Positions 36,815 to 45,765 of a stretch of DNA of 64,000 bases are shown piece by piece (within the stretch, counting starts at the first letter, position 1; every line of letters begins with the position of its first letter). The stretch spans positions 2,921 through 66,920 of the forward strand of contig JBDTQW010000001.1 in assembly GCA_039931975.1 (NCBI GenBank). The letters run 5' to 3'. The position numbers and the translations under genes are program-made. The stretch comes from Chloroflexota bacterium (GTDB lineage Bacteria > Chloroflexota > Limnocylindria > Limnocylindrales > CSP1-4). Under the pieces are notes generated by a model. It worked only from the letters and a program-made list of their open reading frames with translations. It had not been told where the DNA came from and ran no database searches.

Positions 36815-38204
36815 GCCGGGCCCCGTGCGGGGCGACGTTCTCAGCCACGGCCTCGCCACCGTGCGCCCGGGCGAGCTCGCGGACGATGGCCAGCCCCAGG
36901 CCGGTCCCGGAGCCGCTCCGGCTCGGGTCGCCCCGGTAGAACCGCTGGAAGGCGCGCTCGACGTCACCGGGCGGAAAGCCCGGGCCGTCATCCGTGACGC
37001 TCAGGACGAGGCCCGGGACACCGTCGGGCCCGACCGCGGCGACCGGGCGTGCCGCCAGCCAGACGTGACCACCCGGTCCGCCGACGGCCGCCAGGGCGTT
37101 GGCCACGAGGTTGCCCACGATCCGCTCGACCGCCAGGCGGTCCGCCGCGAAAGTGAGCTCTTCGGTCCTCGCCGCCGCGTCGGGATCGGCCAACAGCTCG
37201 ATCCCGGCGGCGGCCGCCGCGGGCGCAAACCGGGCGACGCTCTCGGCGATGAGATCGCCGGCCTCGACGCGTTCCGGTCTCAGGCCGGCAGCGCCGTCGC
37301 GCAGGCGCTCCATCGCTTCGAGCTCGGCGACGAGCCGCTCGAGGCGGGCCGCCTCCTCGGCGATCGCTCTCGCGGCTCTCGCGGCGTCGTCCCCGACGGC
37401 GGTCCCATCGGCCAGCGCAGCGGCGAACCCGGCGATCACAGTCAGCGGTGTGCGCAGGTCGTGGCGCAGATCGGCCAGCAGCCGCGACTCGCGGCGCCGA
37501 GTCTCGGTCAGCTCCGCGGCCATCGCGTTGAATCGATCGGTCAGATCGCGGACCTCGGTCGGACCCTCGAGGGGCAGCGGCTGGGGGTCGCCGCTGGGCA
37601 GGTCGGCACTGGCTGCGGCTAGCCGACGCAGCGGACCGGTCACCGAGCGGGCCAGGACGTAGGCGATCGGCGCGCCGGCCAGGATCACCAGGATGAGGAC
37701 CGCCGGCAGCGTTCGGGTCAGATCGCGAACCGCGTCGGCGCCGGACGTGTCGGGCACGAACAGGACGATCGCCCGGGGCCCGGCGGCATTCGGTCCGCGC
37801 AAGGTCGTCGCGGCATACAGGTAGGGCTTGCCGTCGGCTGCGTCGATCGAACCCGTGTCGACGTTCCCCCGACCGGCCGTCGGGTCGAGCGGGAACCGGG
37901 CGATGGAGACGCCACCGCCGCCCAGGTCCGTGGCACGCCCGTCGCCCATCAGCAGCTCGACCGCGACGCCCTCATCGGCCACCGCGGCCCGCAGATCGCT
38001 GAGGATCTGGCGGAGGTCGCCAGCAAGGGTCGCGGCCCGGAGCTGGAACACCAGGGGCTGCGTGGTCTGGGCCAGGCCTGCCGTGGCAGCGTCGGCGTGG
38101 AGCTGACGAAGCGCAACGAAGAGGGTCGCCCCGACCGCGACGAGGGTGATCACCGCGACCGCCACGAAGGCCAGGGCGATCCGGGCGCTGAGCCTGTCGA
38201 TCAC
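36771..38204 (-). CDS. Sensor histidine kinase (HAMP-HisKA-HATPase)
   Basis: There are two TM helices flanking a periplasmic segment. The H-box is LRHDLRTPLTVI. N, G1 and G2 boxes are present (GTGLGLAIVRELARAHGG). Confidence 0.9.
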   Translation of the reverse strand: MIDRLSARIALAFVAVAVITLVAVGATLFVALRQLHADAATAGLAQTTQPLVFQLRAATLAGDLRQILSDLRAAVADEGVAVELLMGDGRATDLGGGGVSIARFPLDPTAGRGNVDTGSIDAADGKPYLYAATTLRGPNAAGPRAIVLFVPDTSGADAVRDLTRTLPAVLILVILAGAPIAYVLARSVTGPLRRLAAASADLPSGDPQPLPLEGPTEVRDLTDRFNAMAAELTETRRRESRLLADLRHDLRTPLTVIAGFAAALADGTAVGDDAARAARAIAEEAARLERLVAELEAMERLRDGAAGLRPERVEAGDLIAESVARFAPAAAAAGIELLADPDAAARTEELTFAADRLAVERIVGNLVANALAAVGGPGGHVWLAARPVAAVGPDGVPGLVLSVTDDGPGFPPGDVERAFQRFYRGDPSRSGSGTGLGLAIVRELARAHGGEAVAENVAPHGARLSVILPMTLRPPAG

Positions 38205-38896
38205 GTCGGTGGGATCGGCTCACGGACCGGCGGCAACAGGCGGTAGCCCAGGCCGCGGACCGTCTCGATCCGGGGCCCGTCGTCCGCCAGCTTGCGCCGT
38301 ACCTCGGCGACGTGGACATCCACTGTCCGGGTCTCGCCAGGGAAGTCGGTGCCCCACACGCCCTCGAGCAGGGCGTCGCGGGTGAGCACGACCCCCGGGT
38401 CGCGGGCGAGGGCCGCCAGCAGGTCGAACTCGCGCGCCCGCAGCTCGAGGTGGCGCTCGCCGACCGTCGCCTCGCGCCGGCGCGGATCCATCCTGAGCGA
38501 GCCGACCTCGATCGGCCGGCCGGCACGGGATGCGCCGGAGGTCCGTCGCAGGATCGCCTTGATCCGGGCCACGAGCGCTCGCGGGTTGAACGGCTTGGTC
38601 ACATAATCGTCCGCGCCGAGCTCGAGGCCGACGATCGAATCGACGTCGTCGTCGCGGGCGGTGAGCATCAGGATCGGCGTGTCGCCCCGGCGGCGGACCT
38701 CGCGACAGACCTCGAGGCCGTCGAGCCTGGGCAGCATCACGTCGAGGATGATCAGGTCCGGCTCATGCCGACGGTGGAGCTCGAGGCCGCTCTCGCCGTC
38801 GCCGGCGGCGATGACCGCCCAGCCTTCCTTCTCGAGGTACAGCCGGAGCAGCTCGACGATGTTGCGCTCGTCGTCGATGATCAGGATCGTCTTCAT
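38201..38896 (-). CDS. OmpR-family response regulator
   Basis: The receiver domain has DD..D..K residues (IIDDE, ILDVMLP). A winged-helix output domain follows. The gene overlaps the downstream kinase start and is MtrA/PrrA-like. Confidence 0.92.
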   Translation of the reverse strand: MKTILIIDDERNIVELLRLYLEKEGWAVIAAGDGESGLELHRRHEPDLIILDVMLPRLDGLEVCREVRRRGDTPILMLTARDDDVDSIVGLELGADDYVTKPFNPRALVARIKAILRRTSGASRAGRPIEVGSLRMDPRRREATVGERHLELRAREFDLLAALARDPGVVLTRDALLEGVWGTDFPGETRTVDVHVAEVRRKLADDGPRIETVRGLGYRLLPPVREPIPPT

Positions 38897-38959
38897 CCGG
38901 CCGAGGATAGCGGGCCGGTCGGGGCCCGTTCGCGCGCCATGTAAGCGGAGCGTAAGACG

Positions 38960-40441
38960 TCAGCCCGGCAGGGCGCCCGCAGCGGCTACGAGGTCATCCG
39001 CTGCCGATCGCAACCGGGCCGCGTCCTCCGCGGAGAAGCGATCGTCGCCGACTCGGTCGTCGACCGCGCTCCAGAACCGGGCGGCCTCGCGACGGGCGTC
39101 TCCATTGTCACCGTTCTGTATCGCCCGCTCGAACTGTTCGAGCGAGGACTCGAGGGCGTGGGCATCCTTGCGCTTGAGCGACCCATGGTCGATGGCGTCG
39201 TCGACGGCGGTCCGTGCAGCGGCCGATGCAGCCAGCGCCCGGGCCACCGGGCCGGGCGTCGGCACCGGGGTCGGGGTCGGCGTCGGCGACGGCGTCGGCG
39301 TCGGCACCGGGCTGGGCGTCGGCGTGGGGGATGCGGTCGGGGCCGGCAGGGACGGGCTGCCCGCGGTCGGGTCGGGACCGCCATTGCCTCGCCCGCCGAG
39401 CACCGAGGCGAGCAGCCAGGCGCCGGCAAGAACGACCAGCACCGCCTCGATGGCGACCAGCCCGACGAGGCGCCTCGATGGTCGCCCTGCCGCGTTCTCC
39501 GACGGGACCGCGACCGAGCGCACCGTCGGGGCGTCGCCGTCGAACGGCGACCGGACGCCCGACCCGACGGCGGCGATCGCGGGCAGAGGCCGGGCAGCGC
39601 GGGCCGGGCGGCTCGCCCGGAGCGCGGCGGTGAGGGCCGAGCCGAACCGGGCCGCCGAAGGCCGGTCGGCAGGCGACCGCGCAAGGGCGGCCGCGACCGG
39701 CTCGTCGTAGGCGGTTCCCAGCAGGGGCGCGGCCTGGGACACCGGCGGCGCGGCGATCCGGCTCGCCGCCACGATCTCGGCCAAATTGGCGACCGGCCGG
39801 GGCAGGGTCCCGGTCAGCCCGAGGTAGGCGACCACGCCCAACCCGTGAACGTCGCTCGCCGGCGATGCGGGCTCACCGGCGAGCTGCTCGGGCGCCAGAT
39901 AGGCCAGCGTTCCCACGGTCGTCTCCGGCACGGTCAGATCGCTCGGCTCCGCGAGGGCGATGCCGAGGTCGGCGATCCGGGCCCGACCGTCGCCGAGCAG
40001 GATGTTCGACGGCTTGAGATCGCGATGGACGATTCCCTGGAGATGGAGGGCATCGAGACCTGCCGCAACGTCCACCAGGATCGGGATGAGCTCCTCGGGC
40101 GCGAGGGTGCCCAGGTCCGACGCCGCCAGCCGGTCGGCGAGCGAGCCGTCGGCGCACAGGTCCATCACGAGGAACGGGTCGACCCCGGCCGCTGACTCGT
40201 CGGGACCGACGTCGTGGATGGCGACCACGTTGGGGTGGCTGAGCGCCGCCAACGCCCGGGCCTCGCGGTCGAACCGGGCGGCCAGGACCGGGTCGCTGAC
40301 ATGGTTGGGGAGGAGGATCTTGACCGCGACGTCACGGCCCAGGCGTATGTCGCGGGCGCGATAGACCGTCGCGAATCCACCGGACCCGATGCGGGCCAGG
40401 AGTCGGTAGCGGCCGACCAGGCGGGTCCCGATCCGGGGCAT
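38960..40441 (-). CDS. Ser/Thr protein kinase with a TM anchor, a Pro/Thr-rich linker and an extracytoplasmic C-terminal domain
   Basis: The Hanks kinase motifs GSGGFATVYRA, VAVK, HRDLKPSNILL, DLG and APE are present. A TM helix follows (LVGLVAIEAVLVVLAGAWLL), then a PTPTPSPVPTPTPSPTPTPTPVPTPGP linker. The ATG at 40441 is in frame with the longer track ORF. Confidence 0.9.
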   Translation of the reverse strand: MPRIGTRLVGRYRLLARIGSGGFATVYRARDIRLGRDVAVKILLPNHVSDPVLAARFDREARALAALSHPNVVAIHDVGPDESAAGVDPFLVMDLCADGSLADRLAASDLGTLAPEELIPILVDVAAGLDALHLQGIVHRDLKPSNILLGDGRARIADLGIALAEPSDLTVPETTVGTLAYLAPEQLAGEPASPASDVHGLGVVAYLGLTGTLPRPVANLAEIVAASRIAAPPVSQAAPLLGTAYDEPVAAALARSPADRPSAARFGSALTAALRASRPARAARPLPAIAAVGSGVRSPFDGDAPTVRSVAVPSENAAGRPSRRLVGLVAIEAVLVVLAGAWLLASVLGGRGNGGPDPTAGSPSLPAPTASPTPTPSPVPTPTPSPTPTPTPVPTPGPVARALAASAAARTAVDDAIDHGSLKRKDAHALESSLEQFERAIQNGDNGDARREAARFWSAVDDRVGDDRFSAEDAARLRSAADDLVAAAGALPG

Positions 40442-40468
40442 GGTCGGCAGGGTACCCGATGGCGGTGG

Positions 40469-41497
40469 ATGACCTACGATCGGCCGATGTTCGCCACGCT
40501 CGTCGGCGGCTACCCCGCAACGGATCCCGGCAGCCCGCCGGATCGGCCCGTCGACGACCTCGTCCGGGCCATCCTGGCTGAGCAGGCCGAGGCCGGCCTC
40601 GCGCTGCTGACGGACGGCTCCCTGCGCTGGCCGGATCCGGCCGAGACGATCGCGCGGGTCCTGCTCAGGACCGATCCTGCCGTGCCGCGGCGGGAGGCGC
40701 CGCTCACCCTGGATGCCTGGCGGTTCGCGGCGGACGCTGCCGGCGACATCCCGGTCAAGCAGTGCCTGCCCGGGCCGTACAGCCTCGGGCGCCGTTTCGC
40801 CGAAGGCGAGCCGGCCCGGGCCGATCTCACCAGGGCCTTCGCCGACGCCCTTGCCCTGGAGCTGGTCGATCTCGGCGCCGCCGGCTGCCCATTCATCCAG
40901 GTCGACGAGAACGCCGCGGTCTCGATCGGCCCGGACCCGGCGGAGCAGGCGCTCTTCCGCGATGCCCATTTGCGGCTCCTGGACGGCCTCGGCCCGGCGG
41001 GCGATCGGCCCCACCTGTCGTTGGCGATCAGTGGCGGGAACGCCGACCTTGCGGGCGGGGAAACCATCTTCGCGGCGCCGTACGACAGTCACCTGTTCGA
41101 CCTCATCGCCGGGCCCGACAACTGGCGCCTGATCACCACCGCTCCGGCCGAACGGGGGATCGTCCTCGGCGTCGCCGACGCCGGCTCGGCGCAGGTCGAC
41201 GAGCCCGAGGTCATCGTGTGGGCCGTCGCCTACGCATCGGCCAGCCGCGGTCGCGGTGACGCACGGATCGGGATCGCCCCGTCGGGCAGCCTGGCGGGCC
41301 TGCCCCGGGACGCAGCCCGGGCCAAGATCGAACGGCTCGGCGAGATCGTCAGGCTGGTCGACCGGCGGGCCGAGGAAGCCATCGCGGCGTCGCTCGATCC
41401 GCGCACCGTCGACAGTCGCAGCGCCGCCCTGGGACGCTGGACGCCGCCCGAGGCGCGGTATGCTCGGCCCGTCCGGGCGCCGCGTGAAAGGAGCTGA
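40469..41497 (+). CDS. Cobalamin-independent methionine synthase (MetE) C-terminal-domain-like protein, UroD/MetE fold
   Basis: A PFIQVDE motif resembles the MetE IQIDE motif. The domain length is about 340 aa. The ATG at 40469 is in frame. Confidence 0.55.
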   Translation: MTYDRPMFATLVGGYPATDPGSPPDRPVDDLVRAILAEQAEAGLALLTDGSLRWPDPAETIARVLLRTDPAVPRREAPLTLDAWRFAADAAGDIPVKQCLPGPYSLGRRFAEGEPARADLTRAFADALALELVDLGAAGCPFIQVDENAAVSIGPDPAEQALFRDAHLRLLDGLGPAGDRPHLSLAISGGNADLAGGETIFAAPYDSHLFDLIAGPDNWRLITTAPAERGIVLGVADAGSAQVDEPEVIVWAVAYASASRGRGDARIGIAPSGSLAGLPRDAARAKIERLGEIVRLVDRRAEEAIAASLDPRTVDSRSAALGRWTPPEARYARPVRAPRERS

Positions 41498-41516
41498 TGA
41501 TTAGCGAGAGCTGGCG

Positions 41517-44500
41517 ATGATCTGCGAGAGCTGCGGGACCGAGAACCGAGCCGGCCGGCGGTTCTGTCGGTCGTGCGGCAACGCGATGGCGGCGCTCTGC
41601 CCAGCATGCGGCTCGCCGGCCGAGCCGGGCGACCGCTTCTGTGGCACGTGTGGCAACCCGCTCACGGCGGAGACGGGCGTCGCCGCCGCCGACGGTCCCT
41701 CGGCGGGCCCAGGCCCGGACGCCGGTCCGTCCGGAGCCGGCGCGTCGACCGAGCGCCGAGTCGTCAGCGTCCTGTTCGCCGACCTGGTCGGCTTCACGGC
41801 CCTGTCCGCCGATCGCGACCCGGAGGCGGTCCGCGAATTCCTCGACGGCTACTTCGCCCTGGCCCGAGAGCGGATCGGGCGCTACGGCGGCACCATCGAG
41901 AAGTTCATCGGCGACGCGGTCATGGCCGTCTGGGGCACGCCGGTCGCCCACGAGGACGACGCTGAGCGAGCGGTCCGGGCGGCGCTGGACCTGCTGGATG
42001 CGATCGCTGAGCTCCGCGCGCCGGACGGATCGGCGATCGCGGTCCGCGGCGCGGTCCTCACCGGCGAGGCGGCGGTTGCGATCGGCCGTGACGGCCAGGC
42101 GATGGTCGCCGGGGATCTCGTCAACACGGCGTCGCGTCTCCAGAGCGTGGCTCCTCCAGGCTCCGTCCTCGTCGGAGAGGCCACCGTCAACGCCTCGGAA
42201 TCTGCGATCGTGTACGAGCCGGCCGGCGACCAGCTCCTCCGCGGCAAGGAGCTTCCGGTGTCCGCCTGGCGGGCCGTTCGCGTCGTGGCCGGGCGCGGCG
42301 GGTTCGGCCGGACCACCCGGCTCGAGGCGCCGTTCGTCGGTCGGGACGACGAGCTCCGACTGCTCAAGGAGCTGCTTCACGTCACTGCCCGCGACCGCCG
42401 AGCGCGGCTGGTCTCCATCCTCGGGATCGCCGGGATCGGCAAGAGCCGGCTGGCCTGGGAGCTCGAGAAGTACATCGACGGGTTGGTCGAGGTCGTCTAC
42501 TGGCACCAGGGCCGTTCTCCGGCGTACGGCGACGGCGTGGCGTTCTGGGCCCTCGGCGAGATGATCCGGGGGCGGGCCCGGATCGCCGAGTCGGACCCGC
42601 CTGACATTGCCCGGGTGAAGCTCGCGACGATGGCCGAGGAATACCTCCCGGACCCCGACGAGCGGACGCGGGTCGAGCCCCGTCTGGCGACCCTGCTTGG
42701 ACTGGGGGGCGAGTCCGCCGGCAGTGCCGAGGAGCTGACCGCAGCCTGGCGCACGCTATTCGAGCGGATCGCCGACCGGGGCACCACCGTGCTCGTGTTC
42801 GAAGACCTCCATTGGGCGGACGCCGGGCTGCTCGACTTCATCGAGAGCCTGCTCAGCGCGTCACGGAACCGCCCGATCCTCGTCATCGCTCTAGCCCGGC
42901 CCGAGCTGATCGAGGATCGCCCGGGATTCGGCGCAACGCTCCGGAACCACACCCGCCTCGATCTCGCGCCGCTGACGGACGAGGCGATGGACATGCTCCT
43001 CCTCGGTCTCGTCCCGGGCATCCCCCAGGCGGCCCTGCGGACCATCCGGGATCGGGCAGCGGGCATCCCGCTGTACGCCGTCGAGACCGTCCGGATGCTC
43101 CTCGACCAGGGGCGTCTGAGCGAGTCCGAGGGCCGCTTCCGGTTGGTCAGCGACCTGGGATCGCTGGCGGTCCCGGAGTCGCTCCAGGCGCTCCTCGGGG
43201 CACGGCTCGACACGCTCGACGAGCCCGCCCGCGAGCTCGTCGAGATCGCCGCCGTCCTCGGCCTGAGTTTCACGGTCGACGCCCTCGTGGCCTTGTCGGA
43301 CCGGCAGGAAGCCGAGGTACGCCGCCGGCTCGATGGCCTCGTCGCGCGGGAGGTCTTCCAGTTCGACGACGATCCCTCGTCTCCGGAACGAGGCCAGTTC
43401 CAGTTCATCCAGGGGGTCCTGCGCGAGGTGGCCTATACCCGGCTCGCCCGACGAGAGCGGCTCGCCCGACACCTGGCGGCGGCGAACTACTACGAGACCC
43501 GAGCGGGCGAGGAGCTGGCCGGGATCGTGGCCTGTCACTACCAGGACGCGCTGAACAGTGCTCCGGACGACGCTGATCGGTCCGAGCTTGCCGTGCAGGC
43601 CGGGACCGCCCTCGAGGCCGCCGCGAACCGCTCGACCGCGATCGGCGCCCACGCCAGCGCGGCAGGCTACCTCGGGGACGCCGCCAAGCTAACGACCGAT
43701 GAGGCCGAACGATCCCGGTTGAACGAGATGCGCTCCAACGCGTTGGGCGCCGCCGGCCAGCTCGACGAGGCCGGGAACCTGGCTCGTGAGCTCGTCGAGC
43801 TGGGCCGCCTGCGTGGCGACCGAGGCCTCGAGGCGCGAGCGGCGATCAGTCTCACCGCCGCCCTGCTCGGGAGCGGTCGTCCGGCCGATGCGCGGCGCGA
43901 GGCCGAGGCGGTCCGGGCATCGCTGGGGCCCTTCGCGGACGAGGAGCCCGACGGGATCCGGCTGACAGCGGAGGTCGCGCGAGCCCAGCTGATGAGCGGC
44001 GACCATGGCGCCGCGCTCGAGCTCATCGAGGCGACCCTTCCGATCGCGGAACGGCTCGGGCTGCGAGAGGTGATGGCCCAGCTCCTGCCGAGCTGGGGCT
44101 GGGCGTTGAACGGCGACGGTCGGCCGATCGAGGCGCTGGCGGTCCTGCGCGGTGCGCTCGCGTTCGCCGAGCGCGAGGGCCTGTTCGAGGCAGAGATGCG
44201 TTCTCGGATGAACCTGTCCTCGTTCGCGGTGCGCGAGTCGCCGGCCGAGGCGCTCGAGGTGGCCTGGACCGGCAGCGTCCATGCGCGCGAGCGTGGCTAC
44301 ATCGGCTGGTCGAACTCGGCCGCAGGAAACGTCGCTTCGTGTGCCCGTCCGCTCGGTGAGTGGGACCGGATCGAGTCGATCGGGTCCGAGCTCGACTCGC
44401 TCGGCGATTGGCTCAGCCCGTGGGACTTCGCGGTCCCGGCCGAGATCTGCATCATCCGCGCGTATCGCGGCCGAGCCGCGGAGGCGCGCGACCTGATCGA

Positions 44501-45104
44501 GCGGTTCGAGCGCCAGTTCGGCGACATGTCGGACCCGCAGATCCAGGTGACCCTCATCTTGCTTCGCGAGAGCATGGCCCTGGCCGAAGGCGACCTGGCC
44601 GAGTCCATCCGGGCCAGTCGCGAGGCCCAACGGTTGCTGGACCAGCTCGGGACCGAGGACCTGTTCTCGGAGGCGCTCGCGGCGGCGGTCGAGGCGCTCG
44701 ATGCCGAGCGCGTTGGCGAAGTGGCGGACGCGATCCGCCGCGGCGGGGCCGCCGGTCGCGTCTCCGGCGCCGTTCTAACGGCGGCATCCGGCGCGCTGCG
44801 GGTCCTCGACGGCGACCGGTCGGCGTTGGAGGAGCTCGACCGTGCGGCCGACGTGCTCCGGCAGGAGGGCGTCCGATTCGCGCTCGCCCTGATCCGCCGG
44901 GCCCGAGTCATGCTCGCTCCGGAAGACGCCGGAGCCGACGCGGCGGCGGCCGAGGCTCGGGCGATCCTGACCGACCTCGGGGCCGTCACGATGTTGCGGG
45001 GCCTGCCCGCTCCGTCCGTGGTGATGAGGGAGGACGAACCGACCGGCGCGCAGACGGCCCATGCCTCGACCGATCCGGGTACCGCGGGGGTGGCCCCCGG
45101 CTGA
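41517..45104 (+). CDS. Multidomain signalling protein: double zinc ribbon, class III adenylate/guanylate cyclase domain, STAND/AAA ATPase and a TPR-like helical repeat region. No DNA-binding domain is evident.
   Basis: The N-terminus CESCGTEN...CRSCG / CPACG...CGTCG forms two zinc ribbons. The cyclase core is RVVSVLFADLVGFTALS...GGTIEKFIGDAVMAVWG. Walker A is ILGIAGIGKSRLAWE and Walker B-like is VLVFEDLHWAD. About 650 aa of helical repeats follow. Confidence 0.85.
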   Translation: MICESCGTENRAGRRFCRSCGNAMAALCPACGSPAEPGDRFCGTCGNPLTAETGVAAADGPSAGPGPDAGPSGAGASTERRVVSVLFADLVGFTALSADRDPEAVREFLDGYFALARERIGRYGGTIEKFIGDAVMAVWGTPVAHEDDAERAVRAALDLLDAIAELRAPDGSAIAVRGAVLTGEAAVAIGRDGQAMVAGDLVNTASRLQSVAPPGSVLVGEATVNASESAIVYEPAGDQLLRGKELPVSAWRAVRVVAGRGGFGRTTRLEAPFVGRDDELRLLKELLHVTARDRRARLVSILGIAGIGKSRLAWELEKYIDGLVEVVYWHQGRSPAYGDGVAFWALGEMIRGRARIAESDPPDIARVKLATMAEEYLPDPDERTRVEPRLATLLGLGGESAGSAEELTAAWRTLFERIADRGTTVLVFEDLHWADAGLLDFIESLLSASRNRPILVIALARPELIEDRPGFGATLRNHTRLDLAPLTDEAMDMLLLGLVPGIPQAALRTIRDRAAGIPLYAVETVRMLLDQGRLSESEGRFRLVSDLGSLAVPESLQALLGARLDTLDEPARELVEIAAVLGLSFTVDALVALSDRQEAEVRRRLDGLVAREVFQFDDDPSSPERGQFQFIQGVLREVAYTRLARRERLARHLAAANYYETRAGEELAGIVACHYQDALNSAPDDADRSELAVQAGTALEAAANRSTAIGAHASAAGYLGDAAKLTTDEAERSRLNEMRSNALGAAGQLDEAGNLARELVELGRLRGDRGLEARAAISLTAALLGSGRPADARREAEAVRASLGPFADEEPDGIRLTAEVARAQLMSGDHGAALELIEATLPIAERLGLREVMAQLLPSWGWALNGDGRPIEALAVLRGALAFAEREGLFEAEMRSRMNLSSFAVRESPAEALEVAWTGSVHARERGYIGWSNSAAGNVASCARPLGEWDRIESIGSELDSLGDWLSPWDFAVPAEICIIRAYRGRAAEARDLIERFERQFGDMSDPQIQVTLILLRESMALAEGDLAESIRASREAQRLLDQLGTEDLFSEALAAAVEALDAERVGEVADAIRRGGAAGRVSGAVLTAASGALRVLDGDRSALEELDRAADVLRQEGVRFALALIRRARVMLAPEDAGADAAAAEARAILTDLGAVTMLRGLPAPSVVMREDEPTGAQTAHASTDPGTAGVAPG

Positions 45105-45248
45105 CCTGCCGGCGGCCGTTCCAGGTTGCGGTTCCGGCTTGATTCCCAGGCGCGGGGGTGCCACCATCGCGGTTCACCTCTCCCGACCCGCTCCGTCCCC
45201 CGGAGAGGCGCATCGACCGGTCCCCGCGCACCTCGGAAGGAGAGCCCC

Positions 45249-45752
45249 GTGGTCGCTGAGCACGTCAAGCTGACCGTCAACGGCGTCGAGCGAGAGGTGG
45301 TGGTCGAGCCCAGACGACTGCTCGTACATGCGCTCCGCGAGGACCTTGGGCTGACCGGCACCCATGTCGGCTGCGATACCAGCCAGTGCGGCGCCTGCAC
45401 GGTCCAGCTCGATGGACGAGCCGTCAAGTCGTGTGCCGTCCTGGCCGTCCAGGTCGACGGGTCCACGATCACGACGATCGAGGGCCTCGCCCCCGCAGAC
45501 GGGCTCCATCCGCTCCAGACCGCGTTCTGGGAGAAGCACGGCCTGCAGTGCGGGTTCTGTACGCCCGGGATGATCATGGCTGCGGCCGACCTGCTGGCCG
45601 GCAACCCCGATCCGACCGACGACGAGATCCGGCACGCGATCGAGGGCAACATCTGCCGTTGCACCGGCTACCACAACATCGTGGCTGCGATCCGCGAAGC
45701 AGCGGCGACGATCCGGGCCGGTTCTGCGGCCCCCATCACCGTCAACGCCTGA
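45249..45752 (+). CDS. coxS: Aerobic-type molybdenum hydroxylase small subunit with two [2Fe-2S] clusters, CoxS-like
   Basis: Two cysteine motifs are present: [11 protein letters not shown] (plant-type) and CGFCTPGM...CRCTGY. A GGAAGGAGAG Shine-Dalgarno sequence is followed by a GTG start at 45249. Confidence 0.9.
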   Translation: MVAEHVKLTVNGVEREVVVEPRRLLVHALREDLGLTGTHVGCDTSQCGACTVQLDGRAVKSCAVLAVQVDGSTITTIEGLAPADGLHPLQTAFWEKHGLQCGFCTPGMIMAAADLLAGNPDPTDDEIRHAIEGNICRCTGYHNIVAAIREAAATIRAGSAAPITVNA

Positions 45753-45765
45753 GAGGAGGCTCCCG

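Noticed and set aside
40442-41092. 710-aa version of the Ser/Thr kinase ORF
   Set aside because: The kinase subdomain I (GSGGFATVY) begins right after the ATG at 40441. The upstream 217 codons overlap the divergent MetE-like gene and look non-coding.
45105-45248. Direct GCGGTTCC / GCGGTTCA words upstream of coxS as a regulator site
   Set aside because: There are only two imperfect copies and no matching palindrome or motif elsewhere, which is too weak to call.
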